DNA from: Felis catus
Lineage: Eukaryota
Direction of reading: 5' to 3'
DNA length: 64,000 bases
Assembly: GCF_018350175.1 (NCBI RefSeq)
Contig: NC_058368.1
Span: forward strand, 21,454,001 to 21,518,000
The notes beneath the pieces were generated by a model. It had not been told where the DNA came from, searched no databases, and worked only from the letters and a program-made list of their open reading frames with translations. The position numbers were made by a program, and so were the translations under genes. This document shows, in pieces, positions 11,400 through 25,067 of the stretch (position 1 is the first letter of the stretch; each line of letters opens with the position of its first letter).

Positions 11400-14300
11400 G
11401 TATACTAATGAATTTTAAAAGCATACTATTTCATATCTTTGCAGTATAATTGGACTAGACCATTAGTAAAGCTAGAACTTTTAGGTAAGCTAAAACCAAT
11501 AAAGATTTATTAATAGACAGAAATCTGTGAAGTGGTCAGGTAGGCTTCTCTTATTAAAACTCCACATTTTTTAATATAATTGCTATTCTCATCGACTTTT
11601 ATTAGATCCAGTCCCAACTGAATTTATTCATTCTAAAAATAAGAATATATATAGTGATTTTTCTTTTTTTTTTAAGGTTATTATACTGGTATATAAAGAA
11701 GAATTAAATAGTACACTTTTCATCTCATAAAATGAAAGGTTTAAATCAAATAGAGTTTGGTGCTTGGCTGTTTGACAGGTATAATGATAGGTAGAGCCTA
11801 TAAGTTTAGGTAAGATTAATGAGACTATTTTAAGAGAATTTAAAGTATTCCAGATACCATCCTAACCAAAAGTGGCATTTTGGTTGAAACTGAAAAACCC
11901 ACTTTCTTAAGCAGAAACTAGTATCTTACTCATAGGTACTCTGAATAAAATATTTAAATTGTTCATATCAAAAATTACAGACTATAAAAATGTAGAATGC
12001 CAAAACTTCCAGTGACTTAATTTTACCTCCAAAATACTTTATCACAGAGCCACTTTTCTAGTATATTTTCTTTGATTTTTATAGTTTTTTGAAGGTTTCA
12101 GATACTTAGCTAATAAAAATTTTGATTGTTTTGTAAACAGTGACCTGGTATAATGAAAATGAACTTACTGAACAATATTACTAAGCATTGGTTAATTTTT
12201 GCATGGTAAAAATATTAATCACATGATAAAGTATTAACCCTAACGTATTTTTAAAAAAGTATTTGCTAAAGTGAGGTTTACTAAAATAGAGCATAATATG
12301 AATTTTTCTTTAAATTTTTTTTCACCTAAAAATGTTTATATGCTTACGATACAGGAAAGATAGCAAAGATTTGTTTTCCTAAGAAAAGTGTTAATTTTGT
12401 CTTATGAGTGAAGTGTAATTGTCATATAACTGCTTGTATCTTTAAATGTTCAGTTATTTTAAAGCAAATTCTCTAATGTGTGTTTGAACATTGAGATACG
12501 TAACAAAATATTTAAAAACTAATATTCAGCATTTATTATAAGATATTAGATAATCCAGGAATGTGAATCCATTAACAGTTAAAGCTAAATAAAATGTTAA
12601 AATTTAATAGAAATCAGTTTAATATAAGGGCAGAGTTCACATATTGATATCATTATACTGTAAGGTGTCACTATATACTGTTGGAGATAAATACAGGGTA
12701 TTGAATGTCTTCATAGCTTAGATTTGAGAATGTTACAAATAAGCAGCTTAGTTTAAATAAGATGGAAATGAATACAACTTTTTCCCCCTCTAACTTAGCC
12801 AGTGATTTTCAGATTAGAAAACATTAAGATGAAAAGTGAAAAATGTGGTTTCTGAATGTCTGAAAAATAAAAACAAATCCAGATTCAATTTATCAGTTTC
12901 AATCCAGATATCTTTGCACACAGCCTATTGTTAAATGGAGGAAGAGTGATAGCTTTTGAGTTGATATTTTAGATAAAGACATCAATCCCCAGAGTTTCTA
13001 ATTTAGAGAGTTTATGATTTATGATCTTTTAAGTTGTCAAAACTTATTATTTGGACACAAACATTTAGCACCATAAAATCATCTCTCTATAACTATATAC
13101 TGGCTTATAAACTTCCAAATTTTTAGCTTAGTAAATAATCTAACATGTAAGAGATTTGGTGCAAATATTAATAGTTTTCTTGTATTTGGTCAGCTCTTAC
13201 AGGATAAGAAACTTTAACCTAATTGGTAGTGTGTGTTATTTTAGAAGACAGGTTAATAAAGGCTTTTACTGCTCTGTGTGATTTGGCTATCCTTTACCCC
13301 TTAAAGGACATTTTCTACGGATTTTAGGTGTTTTAAATTTGCAAACCTGATTATCTATATCTAAGCCTTGGTAAGTACTTTATCATATCAGGATTTGGGG
13401 AAGAAGACTTACTGTGGTTTTTTTTCTCTGATACACTTCTTATTTGGACAGTGTTTATATTCTGGGTTAAATGCATTTTCCGGGTTAAAAAAACATTCAT
13501 TTTCAGGAAAAATTCTTAATTGTTCCTAAAATACAGTTAGACTGTCAGTGTTCAAATTTTTTTGAAATAGTTATCCTTAGCAGGGAAAGAATATTAGGAT
13601 AAACTAGAATAGAGAAAATTTAACATGTCCACTCAGGTACTTGAAATTCTTCATTGTCATTGGTAGATAATTCTAGTTTATAAGGACAACGTATTTTAAG
13701 CAGTTTCTCAGCTGTAACAACTTTCTTTATTGTGGTTTTGTAATGTTGCTGTGGATTCATTAAAGAATAGTCAATTAAAAAATTTTTTAAATGTTTGAGG
13801 CAGTTTTGTATGTGTGTATTTTGTGGTGTTTCTTGACCAACCAATAAAATATATTCTTAGTCTATTTTTTCTTTTCAGAATTATAATTTCTGATAACCAT
13901 TTTCAAAACAATATTTAAGTAATGAGAAGATTTAAATTTTTCATTAAATATCATTTTGAAGTAAAATTTCAGTTCTTAGCACGACAAAACACAGTTTTGG
14001 TATTTTATTAACATGTATGATTTGGCTTAGTTTTACTTTCCTGTTTCATGATTAGAGTCACTTGGAAGAGAAACATGTAGTGTATTTCAGATGTAGTTCC
14101 CGAGACTGATTAATCCATTGGTTAATAGTTCATTAATTTGTTACTGTTTTGTGTCTTAATTTTTAAATATCCTTTTTTGATATTTGCTGTTAGTTTTTTC
14201 CATTGTTTGGCTTTCATAATAAATGTATTATAGTATTTTTGTTACCCTGTGATCCTCAGAATTATTTTTTATTTTTATTAGCATTATTTGTTACTGAACT

Positions 14301-16674
14301 GCTGCTAAACAGAACAGTTGTTTTTCAATTTTGATAAACATAAAAGATTGGGTTTTTCCCTTTTTTCCCCACAAAATGTTTTTATCTGAATTTTAGGTAT
14401 TTCTGTTTTATACTTGTATTTTTAATCCCAAATCTAGCCTTCTTGACTAGATATTATTTAAATTCAGCCAGTTCTAGCATTTAAAAAAATAATTTATAGA
14501 TGTCCTAATTTTCCTGAGTTTTTAAATATTTTTCAGAATCAAAAATTTGCTTAAGGCATTAAAAGATAAGGATTGCATTTAAAATTGAAGTATTAATTTA
14601 ATGCTATTGGATATAAATAGCATCACATTTAAATTTAAAGATAATTTGACAGAATACTTCTATTTGTTACTCATTTAATATTATGTACTAAGTTTTTAGC
14701 TTCATATTACACATTTAAAGTAGATAAATTACATGTGGAAATTTTTTTAATAGTTGGAGTTTTTTTGTAAAAGAAAAAAGAAAGTTTATGGGCTAAAAAT
14801 CTTCTTTGTTAATAGGGTCTGATTGCAAACATATGATGATGATTAGATATGTGGAACTTGGGAGTCTGGAGCTTTTTATAAGCAAAATATAATTTCATTT
14901 CTTGATTAAATTTTAGATACTTATTTTCCAGGAGAATGGATAGGAAAGATAATATGAATTTATGAATTCATGGCAAATCTGGCTAAAACTTTTCTGAGAA
15001 TTTTGATAATTGAGCAGTTAAATCTAAACTAGGAGCTGAAGATCATTACATGTGTCATTAATTTTTTTCCTTAGATACATTATAGGTTCACTTTCTAATC
15101 AAAACACTAATTTTGTCTTCTACTCTTCCCATCCTACTTTTTAAGAAAAAAAAAAAATTCTTAAATAATTGTATCATATAGTGATGTAAGCAGACCTGCT
15201 AGGTAGGTTGGGCCTGAACCATTTTTGTCTTCTGTGTCAGTTGCATATGCTTTTCTTAGCTTGCTGCTTCAGCAGCAGCAGCAGCAACAATGAATAAACA
15301 AGTATCACCACAGCCCTTGTTCTTGTCCCTTACAGCTGGGAGCAGGGGCTGGGAGATTGCTGCTGCATGTCAGCTGTTGTACAGAATAGCATCAATATGC
15401 AATAATGGTGGCCAAAGGAGCCTACACCCACCAGCTTTTACAGACCAGGTAGGAAGGGCCCAACTATCATAACCCATATATAGCATAATAAATACTTTTT
15501 TTGACAAAAGGTACTTTTTTTCCCAAAGCTGCAGAAAGAGAACAGTTGCTTACAGTTCTTAGACTTACATTTTTCTATTATTTACTCTGTGGCTTTATTT
15601 AATTTTTGTTCTGTTAATTTCACGTATGAATGGAAAACTGTCTTGTTTCTGGAAGTATGCATGGTATGTTTCATGTTTTTCACTTTTAAGCTGGTAGATT
15701 GGAAAAAAACTATTAATAAGTTGCTGATAACACAAGTTATGTATTGTATTAAGGAAAGAGAAGTTGATTATGGCCACATTGGAGTGTTTCTTTCACTTTG
15801 GGGCCATATTCTGAGCCCATGTTATCTTTGTTTATAGCCCAAACAAACAAGGCCAAATTCTTGCTGATTTCACTATAACTAAAAAGAATACCCCATACTA
15901 CTTAGTGTTGTATTTAACTAAAGACAGAGCAGGCTGCAGGTGGAAACTCATTAAGTCTTTACTTTTTCTTACTGTTAAAATGTTTTATATCTGAAAGTTC
16001 AGATTATTCTAAATCTTTTGGAATTAGGTCTTTGTAATATCAAATGATACAGAACGTTGTTTTTTATTTTTACAATTTAAATTTGTACAGCTTTGCATAA
16101 CCTAAATATCTGCATTTTTCTCACCTTTTGTGTCTAAATAATTCCAGTAGGTTATAGTTACAAGGAAGTGAATGTTAGATTTCTATTAATGTTCAGATTT
16201 CATCTGTAGTTAATGAAGTGTAGGTAGAAAACTACAAATGACATTTTATTTTGTATAAGCCTAATATCCCAATTTAAAGTCTTGACATTTGCGGTAGCAT
16301 TCTTTTTAAAAGGTAATCATAGTTTTTCCCTGGTCATCTTCATTAAAATTACAACTAATCACTCCTACTCTTAATGTTTTCCCTTACCAATCACAGTAAA
16401 CTCAGAATATGAATTTCCTGCTAATACTGTTGAAACAAGCTTTGTTGTAGTATGTGTTAGTTTTGTCTGAAATAATAAATGAGCTCAAAACCTGATGTAA
16501 TGTGAAATTAAATGTATTCAACCATAAATTGAAATTACTTTTTTTTTTTTTTTTTTTTTACTAATACTAGAATGTTGTCTTTAATGTGTTTGATGTAATT
16601 TAACAGATAACATTTTAGTTACCTGCTCTTAATCAAAAAGTGAGTTACATAATCCTTTATATTGAAAATATCCT

Positions 16675-16893
16675 GGGGCACCTGGGTGGCGCAGTCGGTT
16701 AAGCGTCCGACTTCAGCCAGGTCACGATCTCGCGGTCCGGGAGTTCGAGCCCCGTGTCGGGCTCTGGGCTGATGGCTCAGAGCCTGGAGCCTGTTTCCGA
16801 TTCTGTGTCTCCCTCTCTCTCTGCCCCTCCCCCGTTCATGCTCTGTCTCTCTCTGTCCCAAAAATAAATAAAAAACGTTGAAAAAAAAAAAAA
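16675..16893 (+). mobile_element. Young felid CanSINE (SINEC_Fc-type)
   Basis: CpG-rich, intact A/B boxes; TSD gaaaatatc. Confidence 0.97.
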
Positions 16894-16924
16894 GAAAATA
16901 TCTTGTTTTTGCTATGAATTATGA

Positions 16925-17082
16925 CACAAACTGTCTATGGACCACCTGTACCGGAATAACTTAGAATAAAGCATTTTTCCAGACCTGCAGAATCAGAATC
17001 TCTGGAGCTGGGACTCAGAAATTTGTACTTTTTACAAGCTCCACATGAGTTCTTTTAGAAGCACCACATGTGAGGAGTACTG
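16925..17082. mobile_element. MER5A-like hAT-Charlie MITE relic
   Basis: cagacctgcagaatcagaatctctgg...tttttacaagctcc motif. Confidence 0.6.
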
Positions 17083-17479
17083 CCCAAAATGAAATGGGGG
17101 AGGATTCTTCACATCAATAAACCATTTATATTTTCTGCTTCTCCCTGCCCCCCAGCCCCTTTGGTCGTCATGGATCCAAGCTCAGTAACTACTTCTGAAT
17201 CTTATCATCTCTACCACAGTAGTTCTAGATTAAGTCTTGTTATTTCCTCAATCATGTGAAGAAAATCAGTATTATGAGAGCTTTATTTTTGTTCAAGTAT
17301 CTTGGGGCAAATTTTAGTCTCTGGTACATTTAGTATACCTATGTTAGACCCACACTTGATAAAAACAGAAGGATTTGGTCATTTAAGAATTTTAAAATTT
17401 TTCCTCTGGATAGTGGCTATTTTTCTTAAATATACTTCCAAACATTGGAGAAAATAAAGAACTTCCTATATGCTGCTTA

Positions 17480-18120
17480 TGGGAGCATTTGACAATGTCG
17501 TAGTAAAGTTGAAGATATACATAGGCTTGAACCCAACAATTCCCTTCCTAGATGTTCTAGGTAAACTGAGACATGTATGAAAAAGTCTTATAGTTACTTT
17601 TATTTTTAATAGGAAAAAATCAAAAGTACTATAAATGTTAAGCAACAGGAGAATGGCAAATTGTGTCATAGTCATATGATGAACTGTTTATTATACTGCT
17701 GTTTAAGTGAGAGCTCTGTGTGATCATGGATGAGTGTCTTCGGCGAACAAAAACAAGTTGCAAAAGGTTGTATATTATATAATATTTATATAAGATATAT
17801 AGCATTTATGTAAAGCTAGAAAGCAATGATATATATGGTTTTAAGTACTTGATTTTATAGTAGTAGTAGTGTAAAAGCATGTATAGGAAATAAATGCCAA
17901 ATTCAAGATTGTAATTTTATATTAGGAGAGAAAGGAATGGGATCAGGGTATGATACGAAAAGGATTCAACCTATATGCATAGGCTTTTTCTTTAAAAAAA
18001 AAAAAAAAAAATACGTAAAGCAAAATAAGCCTGGCAGAATATTAGAATTCCATGATGAGAAGGCCAGGGATTTGAAATTTTCCTGTGGATTTGAAATATT
18101 TTTTCAAATATATCAAAAAA
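17480..18120 (+). mobile_element. Degenerate L1M fragment (ORF2 end and 3'UTR)
   Basis: acccaacaattcccttcctag..., aaaaacaagttgcaaaa. Confidence 0.5.
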
Positions 18121-18869
18121 TGTGCTGTCTTTATTTTGGTGAAGATCTTCTACAATAAGATGTATACTTAGGATGCTCCTAAAAGCATGGATGACTTTAT
18201 TCTATTTGTTCTATATCTTACAGTAACTAATAGAAATAGTACTTCCTACTCTTGTAAATAAAGAACAGCCTTGGAGGCAATTTTTCTTATCACTGCTCTT
18301 CCATTTACCCTTGAATTCAGACAGTTTCACAATAGTATTTTCTTTTGTTATGGCTATCGATCATAACATTATTTTCAGAATTTGTTTATGCATTTGAAAC
18401 TCCAACTTAAGCTTTGTATTATACTGTTTTACAATAGAATTCTTGGAATTAAGCAATATATGGATTTTTACATTTTGCATTTGTATACATGTTACATGTG
18501 TGTATGTGTGTGAGAGAAAGATTGGTCAATCTTGAGGTATGATCTTGAATTTATCTTAAAATATCTGGGCTTAGATGATGTCCTCTAGAAGCTGAGTGTG
18601 CTCCAAGTTAGACATGAAGTGTGAGTTTTAGTTGCACTTAGAATTTGACTTTCAAACTTTGAGAAGGTAATAGTAATAGAAAAGTGAATTTTAAAAACTA
18701 ATGATAACACTTTGGACTGAAATAGGTAAATGCTGCTTGGTGTTCATAATCTGTGATTGTGCTGTATAAGGATCAGAAAGCTGTGATTATCAACTTTAGC
18801 TGAAAATTTTATTAACTTCTATAATGTGATCAATTTTTTAAAGTCTTCACTCTTATTTTTTTTTCCTAG

Positions 18870-18936
18870 GTTTAATAAAGATAAAATGAAGACCATAATA
18901 AAATAGTCCCCTACTTAGCCCAGCAATTCTTACCTT
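18870..18936 (+). ncRNA. DLEU2: DLEU2 exon 3
   Basis: tttttttttcctag|GTTTAATAA...TTCTTACCTT|gtaagt. Confidence 0.85.
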
Positions 18937-19257
18937 GTAAGTATCAACTCTCAGTTAATATTTAGTATTAACCTCTGCCATTGCTATAAAAAGTTAGTGT
19001 TTCGCTACAGGTGTTGCTTTCTTTCTGAATGACAAGTTTCTTATCTCCCCTTACCCCCTACACATTGAAGGTTGGTATTAATTTAATCCAGTTTAGAACA
19101 AGAATAATGCCATTGCTTTGAATAAGTTTTCTATTTTGGAAAGTATTTTACAGCAAGGCTCTATTTTCTAAATCTGAGAATCACAATTTTAAACACTTGT
19201 CCTCCAAAGGAATTGATAAATAAGTAATTATCTTTATTATTATTAGTCAAGTTTATT

Positions 19258-19432
19258 TATTTATTTTTTTAATGTTTATATATTTATTTTGAGAGAGAGA
19301 AAGAAAGAGACAAGCAGGCTCCATGCTGTCAGTGCAGAGTAGTCTAGGGCTCAATTTCACCAACTGTGAGATCATGACCTGAGCTGAAATGAAGAGTTGA
19401 CTGCTTCACTGACTGAGCCACCCAGGTGCCCC
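19258..19432 (-). mobile_element. CanSINE
   Basis: ctgagccacccaggtgcccc; TSD attagtcargtttatt. Confidence 0.93.
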
Positions 19433-19832
19433 CCATTAGTCAGGTTTATTGATAGTTATTTTATGGTTTTATAAATTGGGAGGATTCTCTCCACTTGAGA
19501 GAGAGTTTTTTCATTTATTTGTTTTTATATTTCACTAAATTACCCTGCACACTTTTCTGTGAGATACTTAAAATTTAGCTGTTAAACTTCAGAAAGTGGG
19601 AAAGACAGGAAGGCAATCCCTTTTCCTTCCTTTTATACATACGTACATGCACACCTCTTTCTTAGAATAAACATTTGGACCCTGATTCATTTAACTTTTG
19701 AGAAACTTACAAATTCTAAGGAAAAAATTTTAACAGGTTAGCTAAAATTAATGTCATACCCCTAGAAAAACTCAAATCAAGGTCATGGTAAATACACAAG
19801 GTAACTATTTTCCTAAAAATATTTGAGACCCT

Positions 19833-20072
19833 GGGGTGCCTGAGTGACTCAGTCAGTTAAGCATCTGACTTGGGTTCAAGTCATGGTTTTACAGGTTTGT
19901 GAGTTCCAGCCCTGCATTGGGCTCTGTGCTGACAGCTCAGAGCCTGGAGCCTGCTTCACATTCTGTGTCTCCCGTTTTCTGCCCCTCCCCAACTTGTGCT
20001 TGAGCTCTCGCACACATGCGCACTCTCTCTCAAAAATAAATAAAAAATAAAACATTTTAAAAATATTTTAAA
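19833..20072 (+). mobile_element. CanSINE
   Basis: TSD aaaaatatttgagac. Confidence 0.95.
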
Positions 20073-21214
20073 AAAATATTTGAGACTCTAAAGTCAAGCT
20101 ACCATAACGATTCATTTCCGTCTATTCTTTGAGCTTATCCCTAAATAAAAGAAACTTAAGTGCACCTTTTTTCTGTTTGTGGTGTTGAGGGATGGCCCTG
20201 TTTTAGTGAAAACTCGTGCATCAGATTCTTCTCTACCATATCTAATACCATTGGATTAGTGACTCTGTGAATAATGTTTATGTGTCGAGGAGTGACCTTA
20301 TCATAGAAGATCTGCCACTGAACTCAGTAAATAGTTTTTTGGGTGGAAATAATTAAATATTGAAGACTTTTATTAATGAGCCAGTTTGAAGAGTAGTGGC
20401 CAAATACCACAGGTCACTTCCTTCTCTAATTTTTTTTCCTTTTTATATTTTTGTCTCTGGAAAACTAGAATGGAAACATTTGCAAATCCCCAGAGAATCC
20501 TATATAGCCCAGGCATAAGTTCCTTAATTGGTCCCTTGGAAGCCAGCTCAGTTTTACTTCAGCTTACTCTTAGAAAAAGAAATCTTTTTGATTGGTATTG
20601 CGCTCCTGTAGATTGGAGGGTAGTCGACTTTTCAGAAAGAAATAGGTATCATTTAACTTCTAACAGATTTAAAAGCATAGATAATGTCATATTCTTAACC
20701 TTACTTCATCTCCTTTGTAAATTTCTAAGCAAATAAATAAGCTGGATATTTTCCAGCATCTTTTAAACATAGGTCATTTGCTGTATTTTATAATTGGAAT
20801 GCTTTCTGTTGTCTGTTCTAGGTAGTATGGAGTTCTCTTTAATCTTAGTTACTAAGATAGTGATGTTTCCAGTCAGTACCCAGAAAAATAGGTACATCAT
20901 GACAGTAGTCAGTGATTCTATATGATTATGCATGGGTATCCCCTCTTTTGTCATTCTCTTATGCTCATTTAATGCCATTCTTCAAGGAATTTTTTTAAGC
21001 TGTTCCCCACTTGTGGGATGTGGATATTCTAGAAGTTGTAGAATGTTCATGTTTTATATATTCATTGCTGTCTGAATTAAATAATGGCAGTGTTTTGGGT
21101 TCATTTTTATAAATTGAGTAAAGAGAGGAAATCTCTTTCAAGGTTTTTTTTCAGTTTAAAGCTCTTAAATGGTTGTTGCTTAACATAAAACATTCAGAAA
21201 TAATCATATTTCAG

Positions 21215-21685
21215 AGTTCCTGGGTGGCTCGGTTGATTGTCTGACTGTTGATTTCAGCTCAGGTCATGATCCCAGGGTTAAAGGGTTGGGCTCTGGGCCG
21301 CCTGGGTGGCTCAGTCAGTTGAGCGTCCGACTTGGGCTCAGGTCATTATCTTGCCCTCTGTGAGTTTGAGCCCTGCGTTGGGCTCTGTGCTGACAGCTCA
21401 GAGCCTGGGGCCTGCTTCCAATTCTGTGTCTCCCTCTCTCTCTGCCCCTCCCCTGCTCATGGTCTGTCTCTCTCTGTCAAAAATAAATAAACATTTTTTA
21501 AAAAATTTAAAAAGAAAAAACAGGTTGGGCTCTGTGCTAAGCATGGAGCCTGCTTGAGATTTTCTTCCTCTCTCTTTCTCTTTTCTCTCTCTTCCTCTCC
21601 GAGACTCTGTCCCTCTCTCCCTCTCTCCTCCCCCTGCCCCCCCCCCCCCGCTCATGTGTCCCCTCTCTAAAATAAAACTAAAATA
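21215..21685 (+). mobile_element. Nested CanSINEs (inner element 21295-21521)
   Basis: TSD ggttgggctct at 21284-21294 and 21523-21533. Confidence 0.92.
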
Positions 21686-22180
21686 ATACTTCTTTCTCTT
21701 TTTTCTCACTTTAAGATTTTTGAGCTGTGTTTTGTTTTTTCACATTGTAAATTTGGGTACATACACTTAAATTACATATTTCTGTTATATAAATTTAAAA
21801 TAACTAGATCCATCATTTGGTGCTAAATAAAATAATATCTTTAGGTGCACTGTCAGCAATTACGATCATTGCTGCTTTTTAATTTACAACAGCAAAAACT
21901 TTAAGACCCCGACTCTAAATAAGAAACAGAAGATGAAGCAGAATATTAACCAGTCTGTGCTGTCATTGTTAGTCCTGTAAACCGAAGTGATGGAAACAAG
22001 TAACCTTATAATCAGTAGACTTATTATGTGTCTATTATCAAAAACGAGTCTAGTAAGAAGAAATAACAAAAATAATTCCTTACATTAGACTGATTATCTA
22101 GATAAGTTTTTAGAATTTTTATCAAGTTAGCAATAGAATAGCAATGGCATGTAATCATACCATTTTAGAAAATATTGTCA

Positions 22181-22400
22181 GGGGGCGCCTGGGTGGCTCA
22201 GTCATTAAGCGTCCGACTTCAACTCAGGTCATGATCTCACAGTCCATGAGTTTGAGCCCCGCGTCGGGCTCTGTGATGACAGCTGGGAGCACGGAGCCTG
22301 CTTCAGATTCTGTGTCTCCTTCTCTCTCTGCCCCTTCCCTGCTCATGCTCTGTCTCTTTCTGTCTCAAAAATAAATTAAAAAATATATATATTTAAAAAA
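22181..22400 (+). mobile_element. CanSINE
   Basis: TSD aaaatattgtca. Confidence 0.95.
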
Positions 22401-23539
22401 AAATATTGTCAGTTCTTGAATTATAAATAGTGTAAATGTGGAGCTGATTGAAAGTACTGCAAATAAAATCAGAATGTTGTAAATCAGTAGGGCAGTAAGT
22501 AGTTAATAAGGCAAATGATATAGAATCTATTGTTTTCAATAAAAATGTAATGCTTTTGGTATGACTCGCTAAAAATAGCTGAAATCTCATGATTGAAATT
22601 TACTCTTGTGTTAAATTGCTGTCTACCTGTGGCACTTATGAGGAATTTTTAATTGTTTTGAATAATTTTATAACGTGAATGTTTCTGGGGGAAAGACTAC
22701 CAAAAGAAAAAACAAAAGAACAAATTGCTCTTTTGGCACTTGGATTAGTAGTAAATAATGTTTATAATGAAAAAAAAAAATTATAAGGATGCTAGATAAT
22801 CTCAGCATTTGGTGGTAAGGAAGGTTTGCAAATTTACTGATCAATTGTTACTCAAAAGCTAGGTTTTTATGGATTATAAAACAGACTTCTTGGATTTTAT
22901 CTGAATACTATTTCATTACCTGCCTGTTCTCAACATTGAATTTTAAAGGTATCTTATCTGGTTAATTTTTTTGTTTTTAAGCATCTGTAGCCAAAAAACA
23001 AGTTAAAAAAATTTTTAATGTTTGTGGATTTTATATATTTAGACATTTCATAAAACTTTCACTTTCTTTATAGGATAGTAAGAAATTATTATGTTTAATG
23101 AAATTGTCATGAAGTTTAGTTAGACCCCATAATTTAGGCCTATTCTTAAAGGTACCAAAGCATGGCTAATTTCAAAATTTCTCCAGGTGTAGTATCAACA
23201 TTTCATACCACAAGTGTAGTATTCCATTGTCCTGACCAAGCATAGTCATTCTGTGACCCAAGGGCTATATGTAGTCAGCTCCTTAGAGGTTTACATGCAG
23301 AATTTGAAGCATACCTGAAGACAGTAATTATTACAAATTGTGTTGATGCCAGATTAAAAGTAAAATTAAGTACTTGAAAAATTGAAAGCAATGTGCTGGT
23401 ACTTAATGGTTATGTCTAAACAGAATAGAAATATTTTCATGGCATGTATTAACCTCTGAATATTTCTATTATGTGACAGTGGGAACAGTCTATAGATTCA
23501 AAGAAATTTTTAGTTTAAAATATACCCCCCCCCTCGCCT

Positions 23540-23697
23540 TTTTTTCTTGAGACCTAGAGAGAGGGAGACACCAAATATGAAGCAGGCTCCAGGCCCTACC
23601 TGTCAGCACAGAGCCTGAGGCGGGTCCCAAACCCACCAACCAGGAGATCACGACCTGAGCTGAAGCAAAGACGCTTAACTGACTGAGCCACCCAGGT
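23540..23697 (-). mobile_element. CanSINE (partial)
   Basis: gacgcttaactgactgagccacccagg. Confidence 0.9.
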
Positions 23698-23749
23698 TTA
23701 ATCCCCATTTAGAACTTACGGTTTAAAAAAAAAAAAAAAAAAAAAAAAA

Positions 23750-25020
23750 GACTATTCAATGGAAAAAGGACAGTCTTCAACAAATCATTTTGGGAAAACT
23801 GAATATCAACATATAAAAGAATGAAATTGATACTTCATACTATATATAAAAATTAAAATGGATCAAAGACCTAAATGTAAGAACTAAAACTATAAAACTC
23901 TTAGAAGAAAACATAGGGGGACGACTTCATGACAGTCTTGATCATGATTTCGTGGATAGCAAACCCAAAGCACAGGCAACAACAACAAAAAGGTAAATTG
24001 GACTCCTATCAAAATTTAAGATTTTTTATGCATCACAGGACACTATCAGCAGAGTGAAAAGGCAACTTACAGAATGGGAGAAAATATTTGCAAATCATAT
24101 ATCCGATACAGGACTAATCTCCAGAATCTATAAAAAACTCTTACAACTCAACCACAACAAGAAAATAAAAACCCAGTTAAAAAATGAGTAAAGGACTTGA
24201 ATACATATTTCACTAAAGAAGATATACAAATGGTCAATAAGCCTGACATGCTCAAATGACTAATCATTAGGGAAATGAAAGTCAAAACTATACCAAGATA
24301 CCACCTCACATCCCCAAGGATGGCTATTATTTTTCAACAAGAAAAAAATAGTAAGTGTTGGCAAGGATGGGGAGAAATTGGAATCCTTTTGCTTTGCTGA
24401 TGGAAGTGTAAAATGGTATAGCCACTATCTAAGAAAGAAAGTATGGCAGTTTTTCAAAAAAATGAAAATAGAATTAAATACCATATGATCCAGTTACACT
24501 GCTTTGGGGTTTATACCAAAAAGAAATGAAAGCAGGACTCAAGCAGATATTTGTATACCATGTTTATAGCAGCAATTAATTATAATAACAGAAAGATCAA
24601 AACAACTTAAATGTTCATAGATGGACAAAATGTATATACATACAATCGAAGACTACTCAGCTGTGAAAAGGAAAGATAGTGTAAAATATGCAGCAACATG
24701 GATGAACTTTGAAAAAGTTAACCCTATGTAAAAGCCAGACACACAAAAAATAAATGTTACACGATTCCATTTATATAAGGTACCTGAAATAGGCAAATTC
24801 ATCAAGACAAAGTAGACTAGTGGTGTCCCGGGGCTGAGGGAATGGAAGCATGGGCACTGTTTAGTGGCTCCAGTGTCAGTTGGTGTAAATGTAAAGGTTA
24901 TGGAGATGGAAGGCGGTGATAGTTATACAACAGTGTAAGTAGACTTAATGCCACAGAACTGTACCCTTTAAAATGGTAAAATTTATGTCATGTATTTAAC
25001 CGCAATACTCTAAAAATAAT
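23750..25020 (+). mobile_element. 5'-truncated LINE-1 (ORF2 3' end and 3'UTR, L1M-type)
   Basis: atggatcaaagacctaaatgtaagaactaaaactataaaactcttagaagaaaacatagg..., gaatgggagaaaatatttgcaaatcat; no intact ORF. Confidence 0.93.
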
Positions 25021-25067
25021 AAGACATTATTACTGTGAAGTTTTTAAAAGAAAAAAAAGATTTATTA

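Noticed and set aside
23750..25020. Active LINE-1
   Set aside because: 5'-truncated and degenerate, with no ORF of 60 aa or more in the track.
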